In this document: piece by piece, positions 55,950 to 64,000 of the stretch
Layout: every line of letters begins with the position of its first letter
Position numbering within the stretch: the first letter of the stretch is position 1
NCBI GenBank assembly: GCA_040954595.2
Contig: CM082582.2
Coordinates: forward strand, 6,122,303 to 6,186,302
Reading direction: 5' to 3'
Source of the DNA: Balanoglossus misakiensis
Taxonomy: Eukaryota > Animalia > Hemichordata
Length of the DNA stretch: 64,000 nucleotides
Position numbers and translations under genes: made by a program
The notes under the pieces: model-generated
Told to the model about the DNA's origin: nothing
The model's database searches: none
Seen by the model: the letters and a program-made list of their open reading frames with translations, nothing else

Positions 55950-56516
55950 TTTGATCAGTATCTTCACGGTTATATATACCAGCACTCATCATGAAGGACC
56001 TTCAAAAGCATCGGGGGGGGGGGGATATACATATATCTTTACACAAACAGACGCAAGGCGGCAGACAATGAATGGCCGAAATGTAAAATATTCCCTATGG
56101 AACATTTTGGCACCGTCAGTTTTACAACGGTAATCCGACGGTATGACTACCTGTTGTCATGGCGTTTTCTGTCTCCCCCCCCCCCCCATATTACGCCCTC
56201 TGGAGTAAGATCTGTCCAATCTTTCGGTTTGGCAATGATGACAACCTTGAACAAAAGCTACCATTTCTGTTGTAGATAATCCTTTGTGGTTTGAGAGAAG
56301 CACACGCACATCAATGTGATGATTTCATTGAAAATTTGGAAACTTTTATTTAAGAAAAATTTAAAGGTGTAACATTAATATCGAAACACTACACAAAATA
56401 TTGGAGCACTCGTACAACACACAAAGAAACACCAAAACATCTAGCTTATGTGCCTGTAATCTTTACAAATGTTGTATAGATATCAAGTCGATAAGTTTCG
56501 CAAAATTTCGTGTATT

Positions 56517-57245
56517 GCTAGTGTGGCCGGGTATTACTTGCATTTGATAAGTTCAGTGTTAAATTTCCCTACAAAATCATATTCTACATTATTGTTCATT
56601 GTGTTCAATCTTTGATATTGGATGCATTACATTTGTACATTGTTTGATGACTTCAGCGGGCCGCCGGGCCGGGCCCCCTAGTGTCAGTTATGTGAGGGAA
56701 AGTCCCCAAGCTTGACCTTTGACACATACGTGTCTAACATGGCCGATCTTTGTGTTTTACTATAGGTAAGCACTCTCTTCGTAATCAGTTGTTTTCCGAG
56801 TCGTAACCGAGCAATCCATTCCTGAGATATGCATCGATGAGCAGTTTGAGAACTAGCGATAGCTGTTGTTGAGTTGATGTTGATGATTTGAGACGATTGA
56901 GCTGTTATTTGTGAAGTTGAAAAGTTGCGTATTTTGGTATTGTACTTTTGACACATAGGTGTCCAACATGGCCGCTGTTTGTGTTTTACTATAGAGAGAA
57001 ATTAAGGCACCGAGATCGCTCTGTGCGGCACCTCCGGTTACCAACGTTCCTAAGATAAATACGGCGGTCGGCGTTTGTTGTTGTTGTCGTGCTGCCGACG
57101 AGTGCGACGTGTCTCGCGGGGCCCCTAGTCCACGGCCCCCTTCCCGCCTGCAGTCCGCACCGGGGAGCAGTCACGTAAGCACGCCCACCCGCCTGCCGCA
57201 GCCCCATGTAGCCCGCGAGCGCCCGAAGCTCAACGCCACACTAGC
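56517..57245. mobile_element. Probable non-autonomous element downstream of the Cys-loop channel stop codon
   Basis: 11-bp inverted repeats GCTAGTGTGGC / GCCACACTAGC. Internal ~48-bp direct repeat (TTTGACACATA.GTGTC.AACATGGCCG..TTTGTGTTTTACTATA at ~56718 and ~56947). Two GC-rich segments each end in GCCCC(C)TAGT. No clear TSD. Confidence 0.45.
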
Positions 57246-57563
57246 TTTAATACACAAAGCTGACAATTTAGTGCGACTTGACTCGTAACAATTGGATTAG
57301 TGACATCAACATCAGAAACATATAAGTTAACAATAAGCATTGATTTTATGCTTCGCTACAAACTCTTACGATATACAAAGCGTGCACGTGTAAAGGTTTG
57401 TAATCGTTTGTATTAGATTTGTATTTAGTCTTTAATGTAAAAATGAATACCATTAAAATGACTGTGAAGCTGTTGCGGATACTTAAGTTTCTCTATCTCC
57501 GTGAAAATCGAATTTACGCTTCAAGACAGATAGTAATGGCCGTGTGCTATTCTTCGCGCCATT

Positions 57564-60500
57564 TCAACCACCGATTTTTATGTCTTCTAGAAGGTTACCA
57601 TAGTAACTGGCCAAACAAATAGGCCAGTAGAAGATATTGAACAGGAGGAACACGACGGGGAAGATCACCCTCGAGGCCCTGTCCACTTTTACAGGCGACA
57701 TGTTCTGGGTCATCCAGATTGAAATGAAATAAACCCGGCCTTCGTCTTCACCAGAGGTGTCAAGTACACCCACGTCCACACTGCCGGAATTCCCCAAAGG
57801 CGCCATTTTCATACTCCCGCCATCGCTGGAGGCGCTGCTGCTGCTCAATCTCTGAAGGAATAAAACGCGACACGAAAAGAAAATCTTTAAAGGGTGATGC
57901 CGTGTTCTTGATTTACGCTTACGCGTAAAATGAAGGTTGTGTGATTGGGTAGTAGCGAAGAAACCCCACATTGAAGGTAATAGGGCGTTGCCCAGTACCA
58001 CATACATATGAATAACAGGTTCTCATGTCCGAATTTAAGTAGGAAACAAAAAGATGGCATCAACTTTTACCTTTTTCGCTGCCTCCTCCTGTTTATCCTC
58101 TTGTCGTTTCTTCTCCGTCAGCAGGTAATTGATGAGGGCATACTCTGTCAGAGCAGCAAAGACGAACACCAAACACGTTGTCATCCATATGTCAATGGCC
58201 TGTCAGGAAGAGAAGGAGTCAACACGAACCCGGTCATCAATTGCAGCAAAAGCAAGTCATGAAATTTGGGGTATAACACTGACAAATGGTTGGAGTCGTC
58301 AAACGATGATTGATAACAACGTTGCCCACTTTTCTAGCAAACACTAATTTCCTTAAACAAGTAATACAACGTCCCTTCCAGCGAAAGAGCGTATGGGGCC
58401 TGCACACCTGCTTACGAAACCTTGGGGAGTACTAGTAATCGATCTCTTTGAAGGGATTCTTATATACAGTTGCATGAACAATTTTTGCTGCATTCGAGAG
58501 TGTGCAGTTGATAACATGGTTAATATAATATTAGTCACGATTTTGGAAATGGCCTATATAAGAACTGTGGGCCACTGTACTTGATATTAAATTAAATGCC
58601 ACGAGGCTCGTACGGGCGCGAGTCTAACATGAAAGGCCTGTGTGACACGCCCCGTACCTTCACGTAGGAGACCCTCGGTAAACTGGCGCGCACGCCGGCA
58701 GCCTGTGACGTAATGGTCAGCAGCGTGGTGATCCCCAAGGAAACCCTGGCCGGCACGCTCTCCGGGTTCAACCAGAACGACAGCCACGAAATAATCACGA
58801 TGACGCAGGTGGGGACGAACGTTTGCACCACGTGGAAGTCGTAGACACGGTACAGCACGAAGTATACCCTCAGGGAGCTGAAACTACCTGTATTTTAATG
58901 AGGAAAGATGCGCTTTTCTGAGCATTATTCAGTATTATGGGGCCTAACAGTTAATCGTTGTGCAAAGTGGAATAAAAAAGCGCTGATATGTCTCAAACAG
59001 TTTGCCTTTCTTCCCGACGATGTTATGGTAGTACAGCGCATGCATATCAACATGCATTCTGAATACTCCCCGTTCGTTGTGATCGTGTATATATTCGATC
59101 ATTAATATTATTAAACCACTAAGAATTAAGAAGAGTCCAAGGTCAATTGACATGCAATTTATATGAGCGTAGGGACAACAAATTATTAATATAGAAAATT
59201 ACTATCCATTTAAAATTCTAAGACCTTGTACTAGTTTTTAATTGTCCGGTAATGAACACTGTTCACTCGCCTGTGTCATCAAAAGACCTACCGACTCAAA
59301 GGAATAATCGAATGAATCAAGTCACGATGTTCCATATATATTGCATGCAGTTCGTCACCCGTGGGCGTTTCGCGTTCTTACCTGTTGCGTAGGTCTTGTT
59401 AAACTCCACGGTCTTGACCACCGGATCCTTGAACTCTGCTATCTCGATTTCATTATCGATGACAACCGGCTCCTCGTCGTTCCAGTGGAACATGAGGTCG
59501 TGTGTACGAAAGCCATCTACAAATAAACCGCCAAAAAATCAAAACGAGCTGGAGCCTTACATGTTTCGCAAGTGTATATACAAGCTGCAAGCTGGCTAAA
59601 GATAGAGGCGTACGTCACGTGTTGCTATGTTAGCCAATCAACAGGTGTTATAGAAGCGACGCTGTAGTGTTATATAACTCGGCTGTTGGAGGAAAGTGGA
59701 ATTCTAATTCTGAAGCTTAACTATATCTTCGTCAGCATTGCTTCGAATTCCCCAATTACTCCGACGTTTATTCTCGCTGGCTACTTTGTGGCATTATCAT
59801 ACAGCATTATAATTACATCGCCCTGACATTCGAATTTTACATGTACATTTTTCTGGTACCGGCGGATCGCCATTAGTGAAAAGGCATAATACTTACAGCT
59901 CTCCATTGTCAGATAGCAAAGTTGAACATCCATAGGGTAATAGCGAAGGTTCATGTTGCATGCTAATGTTAGGCTTACTCTGCGAAAAAAAAGTGTAACC
60001 AATCTGAATATTCTGGGGGCTTATTGATGTCAAACATAAACTGAAATAGGCATGGCATATACAATATGAAATCTCATGTTTTAGTAGTATGCAAAAATTA
60101 AAATAAAACACGTCGTTTTCTGTTAATATGCGGTGTGCACTTCATCAGAAATTGTCCAATTAAAGTGCCTTTGAATGTTTTCGCCATCGTTAAACATTTC
60201 AGTTCATTATGCCTGTCAGTTTTTCAACTAATTAATTAAAATTTGAGATTAATTTTCAGGTATAAACGATAATTTGTACAAAACAACAGCAAGTCAAGGA
60301 CTCCCTTTAATTTGCTGGTTGAAAACTGGCAAGGTGATTGGTTACAGCCACGCATGCGCACACACCTCATACTCAGCATGACGTCACCATTGGGATAGAT
60401 ACGCAAAGCCTCGTTCCGAACGGTCAGCTGGTGCAGTTTGCCGTCCTTCTCGTTGGGGAAAAACATGTCCGGTACCCAGAGCTTGTTCAGTAGTTGCGGA

Positions 60501-62454
60501 TTGACGCTAAAGCTTTGGTTGGCATTCCCCTCGAACTTCAGCCTGGGGTCATTCCATCGCTGTCTTATGAAAACCATCAAATTAAAGTCCTGCAAAAAAG
60601 CGGAAAAGGTGGTTTTACATGTCGGTCATTTAGTTATCAACTCAATAGGAAGTCATAGAGAATCCATTCCAAATGCCCAAATTTCGAATGGAGAAAGTGC
60701 TAAAAGCTATACGTTCTAAAAGCTGTGTGCCACCTAGAGTTTCTTGTTCTACTCCACGAGTGCCAAGTATTCATCTTGTCATGAATGTCAATGTATGCAT
60801 TTCCAGCATATTCAGGTTGTTGACAACTGAATTAAAGTCCGGACTAAATTTAAATATCAGCATGACACTTTACAAGCCTATATACTTTGTTGAGAGGTTC
60901 GATGATTTGCATGTTATTATAAAGTGAGTAGAACAAAAATATTAAAATTATCATCGAAAGTTTCACCTATTGCCCCTTTAATGTTTAACTAGTATATAAA
61001 TGTTCCATTACCATTGTGGCAGCCACGGTGCTGAATCCACCTATGACGTAAACATTGCTTAATACAATGACTGGTGGCCCTGTAAATGAAAGACAGACAG
61101 TGTAGGCTGATAGAGGTCGCACATTGATGTATAAAATACCAATAAGTTTGAAACTATTTCCGCCGAGATAATAGACCATTTTCCGAACTACAACATACCC
61201 TGCGAGATCTCGCGTGGCTAGGCAATTTATGTGAGGGTGGCGGCATTTTTCTCTACGAACAAGACACAAGATTTACAATTTTTGATAAACTCTGCTTTCT
61301 TATTGCATATAAACCTTGACAAGTGTTATTTGGCCAGCAATCAAAGCGCGAAAAACGCCGATGGACATTTAGTGCAATACATAAATGTAACAGTCAACAC
61401 GTGCAGAGAAAGTTAGACAATCACAACCCACCGGCAGCCTTGGGCCGTATTCTGGAGTCATACCTCAATTCCAACTCATTCAACATTCGAGTCAAACCTT
61501 CCTCGGAACCGTATTGCGGCTCGTTGTCCAGGTCGCTGTCGTTCACCATAGTGTTCCCGACTGTATTACCGGTGATACTTTGCGTTTCTCGCGGTATCCT
61601 ATAGGTATAGCATAGATTAAATTATATTAATCACAATATGCCTAGGGAAAGTGTCTCGTTTGGTTGTTGTGTGCAAATTTTGTTCGTGGTATTTCTGATT
61701 AAGACTGAGGCCGGAGCGTTTCTTTATTCCCAGGAATCATAGGTTTATCAGTATAGGATCTCCCTCCCATTCTTGGATGCAAATATACGGTGGCGCGCTT
61801 TCGTTTAATGCTTCATACGCGATTGTAAATTCTAGCAATTGCTTATGCAATATTAAGGTCACGTTTTGCTAAAAAAATAAATATTTCTTAAATGATGTTA
61901 CCACAGCCACGTAATTTTTCACATGAGAAAGTCGGGATGACTCGAATATCAATGAAGAATGCCTTCGGGTAAATTTAATCTCGTTATTCCCGGGAGCAAC
62001 GTGTCTAATCGCGTATTTACTTATGATATACGACCCTTTTGTATAATTCTCTGATGACCCCCGGCCCCGAGATGCACTTCGTGTAGTTCCAATTATTCTA
62101 TTGAATAAAATGACCATTGAACTGTTTAGGGCAACACGTGCAATTAACTCGTTTAAGAGCTCCCTATTCCACAAGGACGAGAAGTTACTTGATCGGATGT
62201 ACACGATTAACGTTTTTGGCGTTACAGAAAAGAGAACGCCATCGGGACTATTTTATGTGGACATGCCAATGACAACGTCCATTACCATGGAGTCAATACT
62301 TTCACCAATGTTTAATTATGCAAAACCGTTTGTCAAGAGCAGATAGGGAATTCACGTTCAGTGTGATTAACATTGAAAAATTTAGCATCTCAAAAGGCAT
62401 GTTAAAAATTAATTCAAATACTCACTCCATGTCCTTAATTCCCAGTGCATGAGT
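57564..62454 (-). CDS. Cys-loop ligand-gated chloride channel subunit (glycine receptor alpha-like); signal-peptide exon not found
   Basis: Exons 62426-62454 (tentative 29-nt), 61432-61598, 61012-61079, 60366-60589, 59897-59979, 59382-59516, 58658-58887, 58071-58199 and 57564-57851; all GT-AG and in phase. Motifs YDSRIRP, FIRQRWNDPRL, LWVPDMFFPNEK, Cys-loop CNMNLRYYPMDVQLC, ESYG, M2 PARVSLGITTLLT, LPRVSYVKAIDIW, M4 VDRASRVIFPVVFLLFNIFYW. Confidence 0.95.
60818..60862. repeat. 46-bp palindromic element, degenerate copy 2 (intronic)
   Basis: TGTTGACAACTGAATTAAAGTCC|GGACTAAATTTAAATATCAGCA aligns with 51630-51675. Confidence 0.6.
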
Positions 62455-64000
62455 CTAAACAAACACAACTTATATAGCAACGATCAGAAACATAATGAAA
62501 TGATTTATGTCGGAAACTAGGGACAGACATGTGAGTCGGATATTATAAATTAAACCCTGTACATCATTTCCTATGTATAAAGTGTAATTCTTCAGAGTCT
62601 CTTCATCACATAAAAAACACATGACTCAATTATGCTCCACACGTTATTGATGATTTATGCTGCAGAACTTTTGATGATAGAAGGCGCGACAGATAGATCA
62701 CGTTTATCGTCCACTTGTTGGCAGGTTCTCACGGAAAGAGATGGTAATACCTTAGACACATTTGATTTATCGTCATTTTATATTTAATACTTATGACATG
62801 CTTATACTCATACCAGACACTTATGTCAATATTTGGAAGAATGCCAACAATGTTTCATTTAAAAAACAGGAAGAGCTGGTGTTTTTACTATTTTAAGCCA
62901 GTTACAATTAAAACTATCAATATTGATTATACCTTTTCTGTTGTATTACTCTTGAGGCTATGGTAATATCGTGTTAGGTTGAAAAAATAACACGGTCTTG
63001 TAGGATCAAGTTGCATAATATAGAAGTTATGTGACGTACATAACTAATATATACTCATTAATAACAGATGAGAACGAAACTCGGGTGTTTAGGAATAAAA
63101 ACCCACAGAATAAAAAAATATGTGTATCAAATTAATGCATATGTATTGTTCAGTGTGTTCTGTTCTACACAGCCGACTGCTATGAACAAAAGTTAACGAG
63201 GTATATCTCCCTAGCAGAAATTAACTAGATCATAACTGGTCCAGTTTAAACACGGATCTTACGTCGAAATTTAAGTTTAAATGTTACTCGAATTAAATCC
63301 TGCAGCATTGGCAAACTATGGCGCCAGGAATATTGGCATACGCAAAAAAACAACAACAATCTGTTGTAAGCAAACAACACAAGCACCGGTCCACTATGGA
63401 AAATCCAGACGCAGTAATCAATTAGTCTACTGGAGTATTCGGTCACGCTGCACGCATTACCGTTGGAACGGCAGACATCGTGATGAGAGCGCATTCATTG
63501 CAATTTAACCCCGGCTCCCAAGAGGGGTGTTCAAGCTATCTGGCTGACAAACGAATGACCCGTGGCGATACGCCAGTGAACACCTGATCGAACGGGGTTT
63601 GCCTGTTTAGATTGCCTGGAATTGCTCTGTGCGATATATTATGAGTAACAGGGCGATGTTGTTATTTATGGCTAAATTTCTAACCTAGGGTAATATTTTT
63701 TTCTCATCCTGAAACTTATCTGAACTAGACATGTTTGGAAGAAAGGTGAACGAACACTAAAGACTCTCTTTTAAGAGAACAGATCATTACTATTGTTTGT
63801 TGTCATAGAAGCTGTCATTTTCTTCATCTTTGTGTGTGGAAATCCCAACTAGGAAAAGTGAGCAGAGTGAATTCGTATTATTTCAGAGCGATCTGTGCTT
63901 GTCTATTGTATCGTCTGGTTTATATAATCCCTTGGCCTCGGTATAAAATATTCCGCTCGCGGCGACGTATCATGACTTTATATATATATGCCGGTATTGA

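Noticed and set aside
63246-63494. Minus-strand ORF considered as the channel's signal-peptide exon
   Set aside because: No phase-0 donor in an open frame that joins 62454; the first exon probably lies beyond the window.

Overview
Intron-rich animal genomic DNA, not prokaryotic. Gene content and style suggest a marine invertebrate deuterostome such as a hemichordate or echinoderm (inference). Most short ORFs in the supplied track are spurious. Reading GT-AG junctions by hand and checking reading phase gives four spliced genes. (1) + strand: 3' part of an ANKRD60-like ankyrin protein with a long charged coiled-coil tail (3202-5655). (2) - strand: an apparently complete 26-exon, ~1076-aa adhesion GPCR (45018 to 8140) with signal peptide, GAIN/GPS (HL|T) and 7TM. 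Its N-terminus is an unusual glycine-rich (GGGGHGG / GGGSGGRI-type) domain with a mucin-like insert, and it is the most interesting object in the window. (3) + strand: a 5-exon FAD-dependent sarcosine-oxidase-like enzyme ending in the peroxisomal signal SKL (52725-55542). (4) - strand: a Cys-loop anion channel (GlyR-like, PAR motif) lacking the loop-C disulfide (62454 to 57564; 5' end not found). Non-coding features include a 158-unit (CA)n, a ~1.8-kb TIR element with a 4-bp TSD, short palindromes (one resembles a P-element excision footprint), RFX X-box-like motifs and a bidirectional poly(A) palindrome. No database searches were run; all family assignments rest on motif recognition.
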